From the IMG/VR virus record IMGVR_UViG_3300033144_005408, positions 2,107 to 66,106 of that record: a DNA stretch of 64,000 nucleotides, one strand, 5' to 3'. The notes beneath the pieces were generated by a model. That model worked only from the letters and a program-made list of their open reading frames with translations, ran no database searches and was not told the origin of the DNA. Shown here piece after piece: positions 47,845 through 56,864 of the stretch. The stretch comes from a virus (Duplodnaviria; Caudoviricetes). Position 1 is the stretch's first letter; each line of letters opens with the position of its first letter. Position numbers and translations under genes: made by a program.

Positions 47845-48237
47845 TCAATTCAAATAACTTTTTATCGAATCCCTGACTGCCCGGCGGAATTGTCGTTCTA
47901 GTTTATACTTTTCAATTTCAACATTCAACTGATCTCGTTTCTGTTCAAGTCCTTCACGAAATGTCTCTGAGTAGCTTGTGTCTTTTATCTGCACAATGTA
48001 ATCCATTTTAGTCTGCCTCCAGGATTTGATCTGCTCTGTTAATGCCCTGATATTGTTAGGCAAAGCCTTGTAAGTTACCTGTCTTTGCGCCGTATCAGGC
48101 ACGTAGCTAATCAATCTGAAATACGCCTCGTTTGTTTCACTTACCGAATCCACCCGAATGTCAAATACTACTTGATTTTGAGCAAATGCTCCGAGTGATA
48201 AAAAAATTGCTGTTAAAATTGTTAGTGTTTTTTTCAT
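47845..48237 (-). CDS. signal-peptide protein, coiled coil (possible fibre chaperone)
   Basis: MKKTLTILTAIFLSLGAFA-Q; DSV, DTA, DSI. Confidence 0.6.
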   Translation of the reverse strand: MKKTLTILTAIFLSLGAFAQNQVVFDIRVDSVSETNEAYFRLISYVPDTAQRQVTYKALPNNIRALTEQIKSWRQTKMDYIVQIKDTSYSETFREGLEQKRDQLNVEIEKYKLERQFRRAVRDSIKSYLN

Positions 48238-48275
48238 GGTTAAAATATTTAATTTGTGCTAAGTTATTAGTTTTT

Positions 48276-49172
48276 TCATAATGGTTGAATTATAAATGTT
48301 GTTTTTGTATCAGTAGCAGTAGGAGCAGGAGTAGTAGTGTAGTTGATAATTAATTGAGGTGGATTTTTATACAATTCACCCGTTCCCCAAGTATAACCTC
48401 CACTTACATACGTCCATGTAGTCCCCACGTTATTATCAGGAGCACCAGCAGTAGTAAAATCAGCCCCACCGCTATTATCCGTAATCATATAAAAAGCCCC
48501 AACAATAAGTGCACCTGATGTTACCATTTCGTTTATCGCAAATTCCAGCTCATAATAAACTGATGTGCCAGGTTCTACATCTAAATAGTCATGTTCGTAT
48601 TCTCCCACTCCATAACTTACCATATTAGAATACTGCTCAGATTGAGTGTACACCGTCCCAAGAGAGAAAGTGTTATACCCTGAAGCCGTTGTTAAGCTGT
48701 GAGTTATTTTCTCAAATGGAGGATAAGCTAATACCGACTTTGCCCCGACTATGCGTATATAATCCTGGTAAGTATCCACTCCTGCAAAAGTATAAGGAGC
48801 AGCATAGATAGTAGTCCCAACATTTGAACTGGCACTATTAGAATACAGTCGCAAGCTGATAGAAGTGATTATAATATCCCCAAGCGCATGAACAGCGTTT
48901 GTATTAAACAATACTCCGAATCTTTTAATGGTGGTTGAAACAGCATAACTCTGCACATATAAGTCTGCCGTTGTTGGGTCTTTACTGTAAAAAGAAACTC
49001 CACCAAAATTATTTCTGACATAATCCCAGCGTCCACCCCCAATAAGAGGAAGTGAGTATTTCCCGGTTTGACAACTTTTGCCTACCCCCGTGAGAGTGAT
49101 AGATTGAGCTGCACACGTTATTGACATAATCAATAGACTCAAAACAAATAATATTTTTCTAACTTTTATCAT
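48276..49172 (-). CDS. signal-peptide beta-rich protein (tail-associated)
   Basis: MIKVRKILFVLSLLIMSITCAA-Q; ITSISLRLY...PQLIINYT. Confidence 0.6.
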   Translation of the reverse strand: MIKVRKILFVLSLLIMSITCAAQSITLTGVGKSCQTGKYSLPLIGGGRWDYVRNNFGGVSFYSKDPTTADLYVQSYAVSTTIKRFGVLFNTNAVHALGDIIITSISLRLYSNSASSNVGTTIYAAPYTFAGVDTYQDYIRIVGAKSVLAYPPFEKITHSLTTASGYNTFSLGTVYTQSEQYSNMVSYGVGEYEHDYLDVEPGTSVYYELEFAINEMVTSGALIVGAFYMITDNSGGADFTTAGAPDNNVGTTWTYVSGGYTWGTGELYKNPPQLIINYTTTPAPTATDTKTTFIIQPL

Positions 49173-52100
49173 AACTTAAAATCTATTGTTACATGAAGAC
49201 CTAAAACATTTGTGCCTGTGGCGTCTATATCAACCCGTAAATAATCTCCACCATTAACAACTCTAGTTCCCGCATTTGTGCTTGTAGAAGATGCGTAATA
49301 TTGCCCAGGTGTGCATATTGCTTTTGCACTCAAAACATCTCCCCACGAAGGCGCACCGGAACTTTGAGAATTAGCTATTTGCACTTCTACATTCCCACTC
49401 GTACTAGCACTAAACAAACGAATACTGACTCTATGAACATGCCAGCCGTCTAAGCCATATGGGATAGCTATATACGCTTTATCAGTTCCCAGGGGAGCAG
49501 CTGCTATATCAACCACCTCTACCGATAGCGACCTTTCACCTAAATCAAGATCGTCTCTTGCTTGTGAATAAGATCGTCCCTCTAACCCCGTTGATGTGAA
49601 TTTTGCATACTCATTATCAGCCGGAGTGTTTTCGGCTTTCATTACATTAGTATTGGCAATGCCGAATGTTAAGGCATCTTGTTTGGTATTTAGTCCAGAT
49701 GTAGTCCAACTCTGCGTTGCCACTCTGCTTCCACCATCATAGACCTGTGTTCCATAAAGCCTTGTTCCATACAAATACCCATCATAATTAAGCCTATTCG
49801 TGCTTGTTGGGGTTGTTGCGCCATTATAAAAAGTACCTGCTATCCGTCCGCTATAAGGCTCGTATTTAAGAGTGCTGGTGTTCCAATTTAAAACATCGTC
49901 CTGAATAGAAGTGGCTCCAAGTTTGTTGTTAAAAATGTCCCAATCAGTGTCATTCAAGGCTCCTGTTGTTGAGGTAGATGAAAGAGCAAGGCTTAGTTGT
50001 TGAGTAGAAAGCGATAGTCCGTTTGCTGTTCCAATGGTAACAGGATTATGTATTGCTGCGTTCCATGCTGCTGCGGAAGCAATATAAGCATCTGCTATCT
50101 GCGTAGATTGCCATGTGCCTATATTGATAGTTCCAAGCGTTGTGATGCTGACAGACCCAGCCAATAGAGAAAAGATACTTGAAAGGCTAGTGCCATTTAC
50201 CGTTGGCATATTTGTTACCTCTAAATCGGCAAACCACCCCTTTATTAACCTCGATCCTGTCAATCCCAATGAGCCAGTCATTGTTATATCATTTCCGCCT
50301 AATGCCAGATTACCGCCTCCCAATGTTAATAAATTTGCAGAATGAGTTAACGTAATGTCTGGAGTTGATGGAGCCGTGTTCCAGGTAATTACACTTTCAT
50401 TTCCAAGGAATAAATCTGACCAAGCAATTGCAGTAGTTCCCAAAGCATCGGTGTTGTCTATATCTGAAACTAATGTTGTATTAATTGCCACGCTCGAAAG
50501 ATTATCAAGTGCTTTTGTCGATGCGTCGATTTCGTCTAGTACCTCTAATGCTGTCCTGCCCTCTAATCCATTCGCCGTAAACCTGCCAAACTCACCATCA
50601 TTAACTGTTCCGTCAATTTCCACAATATCGTCATCAGCTATACCCACCGAGGCTGCAGAAATAGCCGTGCCATTTCCTTCGAGTAATCCGGTTATTGAAG
50701 TTGTTAATGTGATTACGGGTGTAGTTGTTGAAGTGGCAACTGTCCCTGCAAAACCGTTAGCCGTTGCGACTGCAACACTTTTAACCGTTCCTGTGCCAGT
50801 TGGTTCATTTTGCCATATTGCACCATTGCAAATTGCCTTATCCCCAATAACAAAAGCAATTCCCCCCGCCCCGAAATCAGTTGTACCAGCCACTACACAT
50901 ACATAATACCATCCCGCATCACCCACCCCATCTGCTAATTCTGGAGTATTAGTATTGGCATTCCAAGTGCCTTTAAAAACCTGATCTGCGGTTGGAGCTA
51001 CGAATGATAAAACGTTTTTTCCGTCTGTCGATATAAGATCACCGGCATTTCCATCAGCGCCGGGCCATTGATAATCTACTCCGTTGATATTTAGATTACT
51101 TCCAACAACCGTTAAGTCATCCCCTATTTCCAAATCCCCCGCAATAGTATTAGAAGTCCCATCAACATCAAGATCACCAACAACATTAAATGTTCCATCA
51201 GACAGGGTTTTCCATAATACAGTGGTGGCGTTTTCAGCATCATTCCAGACCCTTAACTGGAATCCCTCATTTGTTACTCCTACGTTTCTAAGTTCATATA
51301 TCCTTTTATCAGCCGTGCCTCCTGTTTTTCTGAATCTAATCGCTGGATCGGTGCTTTCAACTTCAATAGCTGCATTTTTTGCAGTTGTTGACTTGGTAAA
51401 TTTGTTAATATTTGAGAATGATTGGATTTGATCTAAATAAGCTACATTGGATAATATCCCTGCTGTATTAATATTACTGCCCCCTATTAAATAGCCCGCA
51501 TCAGTATCAAGCAACCCTGACGCATCTAATACCATTCTTTCAACTTCGTCAACCCACCATTGATGTTCTGAACCCCCAACTTCCTTATTTAAATCCGCAT
51601 CATATCTTAATATTCCACCGTTGCCTGTCACTACCTGATCTGTTCCGTCATCTGAATCGGTTAATGTTAACGATGGTGAAGATGTTAAACTTGTAAATCC
51701 CCCTGTTATTTTAAAGTCACCATTTGGATATGCACCAAATAATTCAACTGTTACATCTTCAGCATCATTCCATTTTCTTACTTGAAAGTAATTTGTGTTT
51801 CTAATTTCATAAATACGCTCATTAGCCGTGCCTCCTGTCCTTCTGAATCTAATCGCTGGATCGGTGCTTTCAACTTCAATAGCTGCATTTTTTGCAGTTG
51901 TAACAAAAGTTAAGTTTATATTCCCACTGGCAAAAGTTAATGTATTAGCCGAATGAGTCAAAATAACATCCCCATTATCCCAATTTATTACACCTCCCGA
52001 AGCCAGAAATAAGTCGCTCCACATTTTTGAGCCTGATCCTAAAGCCCCTCCGTCACTCGCACCTAAAAGCAAACTGGTATTTATTGCCACACTCGAAAGG

Positions 52101-54418
52101 TTATCAAGTGCTTTTGTAGCCGCACCTATGTCACTTAATACCTCTGCTGCTGTTCTGAATTTCACCAATCCTGCATCTTCAGTCAAAAAATCCCCGGCTC
52201 CATTTGCTATTGAGCTAATGGTTAATGTATTTGCAAGAGTAGCCGCGCTGGTTGTAGCACTAAAGGATAGAGCTGTAACATCTACTGTAGCATTGAAAGT
52301 GTGAAATTCTAATGCTGTATTATTATTATCGGTAGAAATACCTACAATATATGGAGAATCCGTCAAGTCATTTTTAAAATATAATTTATTCACTCCTGTA
52401 ATCCTTACGTCCTGAGCAAATAACCAATCTTGATCCGCTTCAATTGTAGCTGATAAAATATTGTTAGTCGCAAAACCTATTGTATTTGATCCAATTAAGT
52501 ACATTCCGTTGCTTGCCCAGCCAATGGCCGGGATTGAAGGTATGCCATTATTTGATGCTCGAAGCCATCCACCTGAAATTGTGTCGGTTGCCGTTATATC
52601 AACAAAACCCCCCAAGTCGTTTCCTATCCAACTAGCCGTACCGTCTGTGAGTGAGACCAATCCAGTTTGTTCTCCTGCCGTAGTAGACCAAGTCCCATCT
52701 GTTAAGGTTGCAGCTGTTAATGAAAACGCACCTAAGTCAACATCCCTATTCGCACCTTCATATGGAACCCTGTTTGAGCTATCTGCTATAAGGTTTGTAA
52801 TATCCCCCAAATTTGCATATATCAGCCCGTTGTGAATATCTAATGAATCTAAAACAGCATAATGTTTAACTGAATAATCTGAAAGACTATCGTAAACTGA
52901 AACAGTCAGGGTATCCAACATGGTATGAGTAACAATAATATCTACCGTATCAGTCCATGCAATATAATTATCAAGTGAATCACTCAACTGAGTAGGCGTA
53001 ACGAAATCCGTTAATGAATCTGACCGAAGCATATATTGTGGATGGTCATCGTCAGATAGCCCCGATAAGTCTCCATGATTTGGTACTGCTGAGTGTGGAA
53101 ACAGTTTAGCATAAGCACTTTCAATAGCATAAAAACTACTCTCATTTTTACCAATGATAATCTTTGCCGCTGGAAATGCAAAGTCACCTATAATAGCAGG
53201 AAGAACAGGGGGTTGGACTGCAATTTCTGCTTCAGTTAATGAGTAACTATCCCACCCATATACAATCAAAACATGACCGTCATTATCTCCATAAACCCAA
53301 TGAATACCATATTTATTATTTCCTAATATTTCTAATCCTGAAGTCGTATCGTTATAATAAAGATTATCTATTTGAGTTTCGTTTTTTAATTCAATCCAAT
53401 CTGGATTATCATAATAATAATAAGTAAAATAATCGCCTGTCTCAGTATTAATCCCTGTTGTGGTTATTTTAGTTAATCCTGCACGAAGTATCCCGTTTGT
53501 CGTAGTTATATTCCTTGTACCTGTTTCACCAACTTCAATTCCACTCGCCCGAACCACCTCGCCAAATACCTCTGTCAAATATCCGAGAGTATTTTTAGGT
53601 GTTTCTGCAATTAACATTCCTGCCGTCACACAATGACATTCAGCACTATCTCGAAACACTTTACCAAGCAAGATTTTATCCCGATTATTCCCGACTGATT
53701 TTGTAGTAGTTGCTTTTATAATCGGCGTACCACCATCATAATCGACATAGATATAGTTAACTGTTTGATCGACCAATTCAATACTATTATCAGCATCCCA
53801 GTCGAAGGAATAATTGGTTGCCGTTGCCGAATTACTCGCTCGAATAAAGCCCGTACCTGATGTAACCGCAACAGTACTATCTCCATTATTTGAAATCACT
53901 CCGCCCGAAATCTTACCTGATGACTGAGTTATGTTTATGAATTGCTGTAAATTATCATAGGTAGCATCGTTTAGTTTAGCGATATTAACACTATCGGCAA
54001 CTGTTGCGTTAGGGGAATGAGCATCAAGTGAATCGCTTAACTGTGTTGGAGTAGCAAAAACAACTGTTGAGTCAGAGGGTAAAATGTATCTTCCATCAAA
54101 ACCAGTGCTATCCACTACCACACCCTGATTATACCCACGTAAATATCCGTCTGACACAGAAAATCTTATGCTGTCATACCCATAATTAGCCGCAATAGAA
54201 TCTTCTAGTTGCTGTACGTTAACAGCATCAGTAGAATCCAGACCAGCCATTAGCTGCTTTATCCGAAAACTACTCATATTCATGCTATCAGCCAGAAAAG
54301 CACTGTCCTTATACATGATCTTGTCATATACATAAACTATCTCAGCATCCACATCCTGAGCGAAAAGATTTGGCAGAGTGAAGATCCAGAGTGATAATAT
54401 GAATAGTAGTTTTCTCAT
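49169..54418 (-). CDS. long tail fibre / receptor-binding-like protein with N-terminal signal peptide
   Basis: G/T/S/N-rich mosaic; DAVNVQQL, HGDLSGLSDDDHPQY, FKGTWNA, GTVKSV, KQDAL fibre motifs; MRKLLFILSLWIFTLPNLFA-Q. Confidence 0.75.
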   Translation of the reverse strand: MRKLLFILSLWIFTLPNLFAQDVDAEIVYVYDKIMYKDSAFLADSMNMSSFRIKQLMAGLDSTDAVNVQQLEDSIAANYGYDSIRFSVSDGYLRGYNQGVVVDSTGFDGRYILPSDSTVVFATPTQLSDSLDAHSPNATVADSVNIAKLNDATYDNLQQFINITQSSGKISGGVISNNGDSTVAVTSGTGFIRASNSATATNYSFDWDADNSIELVDQTVNYIYVDYDGGTPIIKATTTKSVGNNRDKILLGKVFRDSAECHCVTAGMLIAETPKNTLGYLTEVFGEVVRASGIEVGETGTRNITTTNGILRAGLTKITTTGINTETGDYFTYYYYDNPDWIELKNETQIDNLYYNDTTSGLEILGNNKYGIHWVYGDNDGHVLIVYGWDSYSLTEAEIAVQPPVLPAIIGDFAFPAAKIIIGKNESSFYAIESAYAKLFPHSAVPNHGDLSGLSDDDHPQYMLRSDSLTDFVTPTQLSDSLDNYIAWTDTVDIIVTHTMLDTLTVSVYDSLSDYSVKHYAVLDSLDIHNGLIYANLGDITNLIADSSNRVPYEGANRDVDLGAFSLTAATLTDGTWSTTAGEQTGLVSLTDGTASWIGNDLGGFVDITATDTISGGWLRASNNGIPSIPAIGWASNGMYLIGSNTIGFATNNILSATIEADQDWLFAQDVRITGVNKLYFKNDLTDSPYIVGISTDNNNTALEFHTFNATVDVTALSFSATTSAATLANTLTISSIANGAGDFLTEDAGLVKFRTAAEVLSDIGAATKALDNLSSVAINTSLLLGASDGGALGSGSKMWSDLFLASGGVINWDNGDVILTHSANTLTFASGNINLTFVTTAKNAAIEVESTDPAIRFRRTGGTANERIYEIRNTNYFQVRKWNDAEDVTVELFGAYPNGDFKITGGFTSLTSSPSLTLTDSDDGTDQVVTGNGGILRYDADLNKEVGGSEHQWWVDEVERMVLDASGLLDTDAGYLIGGSNINTAGILSNVAYLDQIQSFSNINKFTKSTTAKNAAIEVESTDPAIRFRKTGGTADKRIYELRNVGVTNEGFQLRVWNDAENATTVLWKTLSDGTFNVVGDLDVDGTSNTIAGDLEIGDDLTVVGSNLNINGVDYQWPGADGNAGDLISTDGKNVLSFVAPTADQVFKGTWNANTNTPELADGVGDAGWYYVCVVAGTTDFGAGGIAFVIGDKAICNGAIWQNEPTGTGTVKSVAVATANGFAGTVATSTTTPVITLTTSITGLLEGNGTAISAASVGIADDDIVEIDGTVNDGEFGRFTANGLEGRTALEVLDEIDASTKALDNLSSVAINTTLVSDIDNTDALGTTAIAWSDLFLGNESVITWNTAPSTPDITLTHSANLLTLGGGNLALGGNDITMTGSLGLTGSRLIKGWFADLEVTNMPTVNGTSLSSIFSLLAGSVSITTLGTINIGTWQSTQIADAYIASAAAWNAAIHNPVTIGTANGLSLSTQQLSLALSSTSTTGALNDTDWDIFNNKLGATSIQDDVLNWNTSTLKYEPYSGRIAGTFYNGATTPTSTNRLNYDGYLYGTRLYGTQVYDGGSRVATQSWTTSGLNTKQDALTFGIANTNVMKAENTPADNEYAKFTSTGLEGRSYSQARDDLDLGERSLSVEVVDIAAAPLGTDKAYIAIPYGLDGWHVHRVSIRLFSASTSGNVEVQIANSQSSGAPSWGDVLSAKAICTPGQYYASSTSTNAGTRVVNGGDYLRVDIDATGTNVLGLHVTIDFKL
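51311..51901. repeat. 78-bp intragenic direct repeat in the fibre gene
   Basis: 51311-51388 vs 51824-51901, 2 mismatches. Confidence 0.85.
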
Positions 54419-55110
54419 TACTTGTATTTCTGTGCTGTAATGTAAACATTAGCGTTCCCGGTAATAGTCACATGGATTGTTGTATAGGCATTGATAGGAG
54501 GAGCTACTACCATAGAGTAACTTCTTCTGTTAGTAGTACTAGCCTCTTTTAGTCTTAGGATCTCATATCCTCCCAGGGTCCACCCTACTTTTACTGTGGT
54601 AGGATTTCCGTCTGATGAAGCTATTGTGACACCATTTACCTGATAATCGGAATCAAAAGGAATAGTCCTGGCTCCCGAAAGACCTTCGATAGTAAAATAT
54701 AGTGAAGGAGATTTTACCCACTTTCGGGTTTTGTTTATCTGAGAGCTTAAAATATATTCATTCCCATCCGGTGCCCCAAGATCCAGTTCATACAGCGCAA
54801 CAAGATCCAATATATCCTGCCATGATACGCTTGTGACCTGGACAGCCCCGGTAAGCACTTCTATTTGAATATAATCATCAGGCTCGTTTATTGTGACCAG
54901 ACCAACAGCATCATCAATAGTAACGGTAACAAGGAAATCATCATCAATAGGAGTAACAGAGATATTTCCTATCCCGTCCGAATCTTCTTCTACATTTATC
55001 TGGGTATCTTCACTGGCATCTTCTGCGAAAACTAAAGGACTAGCCTCACCCTCAACCGTTATAGATGGTTGAGCACCTTCTGTTACTGATATAAGGCCAA
55101 TTAATGCCAT
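54418..55110 (-). CDS. putative tail protein
   Basis: acidic beta-rich, coupled to the fibre gene. Confidence 0.5.
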   Translation of the reverse strand: MALIGLISVTEGAQPSITVEGEASPLVFAEDASEDTQINVEEDSDGIGNISVTPIDDDFLVTVTIDDAVGLVTINEPDDYIQIEVLTGAVQVTSVSWQDILDLVALYELDLGAPDGNEYILSSQINKTRKWVKSPSLYFTIEGLSGARTIPFDSDYQVNGVTIASSDGNPTTVKVGWTLGGYEILRLKEASTTNRRSYSMVVAPPINAYTTIHVTITGNANVYITAQKYK

Positions 55111-55126
55111 TTGTGAGAGTTCTCAT

Positions 55127-55483
55127 TTATATTTCCTTCACATACGCCAAAACTCCTTTGTTTGGAGAAACAGAATACCCTCCATCAAAATCTGCATCCA
55201 CCTGAAAAGTTTTTGTGTATATCTCCAGTTCTCCAACTTCCATTACTTCCGTAACATCAACATCAACAACCACCTGAAACTTATCGTCAACAATAGTAGC
55301 CAGAATAAAACCATCGGCTGTCTGATCAACTTTGGAATATTTGGCGTACAATTCTCCTGTTTTGCCATTCCTTAGATAAATCTCTGCATTATAAACATCA
55401 CCAGCCTTAATCTGTACATCAGATGAATCTTTTAGCTCCAGGAGGAGTTTTTTTGTTGTGCCTTTGTATATGATAAGTGCCAT
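55127..55483 (-). CDS. putative fibre-attachment (BppU-like) protein
   Basis: IYKGTT..L...; position upstream of fibre genes. Confidence 0.4.
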   Translation of the reverse strand: MALIIYKGTTKKLLLELKDSSDVQIKAGDVYNAEIYLRNGKTGELYAKYSKVDQTADGFILATIVDDKFQVVVDVDVTEVMEVGELEIYTKTFQVDADFDGGYSVSPNKGVLAYVKEI

Positions 55484-55485
55484 GA

Positions 55486-56106
55486 CTACCTGTTTTTAAG
55501 TTGAATCCATTGAATAACTCTTTGCTTTGCTCTTACGGCAGCTTCAATATCCTCAGAATATATCTCAAGAGTCTTTGCGGCTGTTAGCCATGCCAAAGAA
55601 TCAACAAGGTCTGCCTGAAGGTCTTCTGCAACCACTTCGGCCACATAATAAAGGTATTCTACTTCATGATCGTTTCCCGAAACAGAGTAGTAATAAAGCC
55701 TTTGTTCTTCGCCGGCACGTTTTAATACACCAACAGGCTTTGATACGCCACCCCTGGTATATTGGTTTGTTTGCTGAATATAGTTAGGGTGTACTTCGCT
55801 GATAGGAATTAATACTGGTCTTTCCCATGTAGTCATTTTAAAAGAGGAAAGGCGAAGAAAGTCAGCAGGCAGGATCACATAACCCAGATTACTATCAATA
55901 GCATATACGTTACCCATACTGCCACTGATATCTGTGTTTAATGTACTTGTCTCAATAAGATGGATCGGGAGCATTAGAAGAAGCTCAATTACCGTCTCGT
56001 CAAGAATAACATCAATTGTAGGATCTTCTATTACCTGACCTTGGAGATCCGCAGCTATCTCAGCTATCTTGATTTTTACCTGCTTAATAATCCTAAGCCT
56101 TTCCAT
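55486..56106 (-). CDS. head-tail adaptor protein
   Basis: GYVILPADFLRL..F.M..W.RPV, Q...YTRG...KP. Confidence 0.6.
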   Translation of the reverse strand: MERLRIIKQVKIKIAEIAADLQGQVIEDPTIDVILDETVIELLLMLPIHLIETSTLNTDISGSMGNVYAIDSNLGYVILPADFLRLSSFKMTTWERPVLIPISEVHPNYIQQTNQYTRGGVSKPVGVLKRAGEEQRLYYYSVSGNDHEVEYLYYVAEVVAEDLQADLVDSLAWLTAAKTLEIYSEDIEAAVRAKQRVIQWIQLKNR

Positions 56107-56117
56107 GACTCAAATTT

Positions 56118-56729
56118 TTAAGGGTTCCAGTTGGGGAATTCAATATTATACTGCTTACTTACCTCAAGTATAACAGTATTATTAGTCAGCTTACCAGCCT
56201 TAATCCAGGGCAGGTTCTTTGTTAGCCACTGTCTTGCTCTGACACCACTGGTGACATCAGACAATCCTTCTGCAGGAACAGTAAAACCGTTTGGAAGAGC
56301 ATTTTCTTTTACAGGCTCATCTACCGCTTTGATAGTCTCATGACCATCAAAAGACGGATTTCCGGTTGGCTTATTAAGAACAATAACTTCCTCGGATGGC
56401 TCTTGTTGGTGTACACCGTGAAAATGAGTCTTGCCCATCATAGTTGCAGTTGTGGCCGGAGCTCCTTCTACAATATTAGTGGGTCTGACAATTGGCATTT
56501 GCCTCATAAAGACATACATCTTGTTGTAATTCTTACTTGTCTCAATTGCTTCCTGCAATAGTGGGTCACTGGTAACAAATCGTCCCGGTAAAAAGTTAGG
56601 GTTTAGTCTTCCTTTGCTAAAAGGAATTTGAACACTGATCTTCTCGCCATCTTTGTCAACGTAACTAAAGTTGAACGATCCTTTTGTAAACGGCTTCTTA
56701 GTTCCGTACATTTTTCTAATTGCTTCCAT
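56118..56729 (-). CDS. hypothetical structural-module protein
   Basis: F.TSDP.LQ.AIE and C-terminal IEFPN; follows the MCP. Confidence 0.55.
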   Translation of the reverse strand: MEAIRKMYGTKKPFTKGSFNFSYVDKDGEKISVQIPFSKGRLNPNFLPGRFVTSDPLLQEAIETSKNYNKMYVFMRQMPIVRPTNIVEGAPATTATMMGKTHFHGVHQQEPSEEVIVLNKPTGNPSFDGHETIKAVDEPVKENALPNGFTVPAEGLSDVTSGVRARQWLTKNLPWIKAGKLTNNTVILEVSKQYNIEFPNWNP

Positions 56730-56793
56730 AATCTTCCTATGTGTTTATAAAAATTGTTTCTGAATAATAAATATATGCTCTTTCTTTTGAATT

Positions 56794-56831
56794 AAGGCAA
56801 GCCACCCCTAATTAAAGAGGCGACTCGCCTT
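56794..56831 (-). terminator. stable hairpin downstream of the MCP
   Basis: AAGGCGAGTCGCCTCT-N6-AGGGGTGGCTTGCCTT, 16 bp with four G-U pairs on - strand; no clear U-tract. Confidence 0.55.
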
Positions 56832-56864
56832 TGATCTCCGTTTAAGATCAGGAAGAAGGAGCAA

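Noticed and set aside
51311-51901. DGR template/variable repeat pair
   Set aside because: No reverse transcriptase seen; both copies are in frame mid-gene, with only 2 differences
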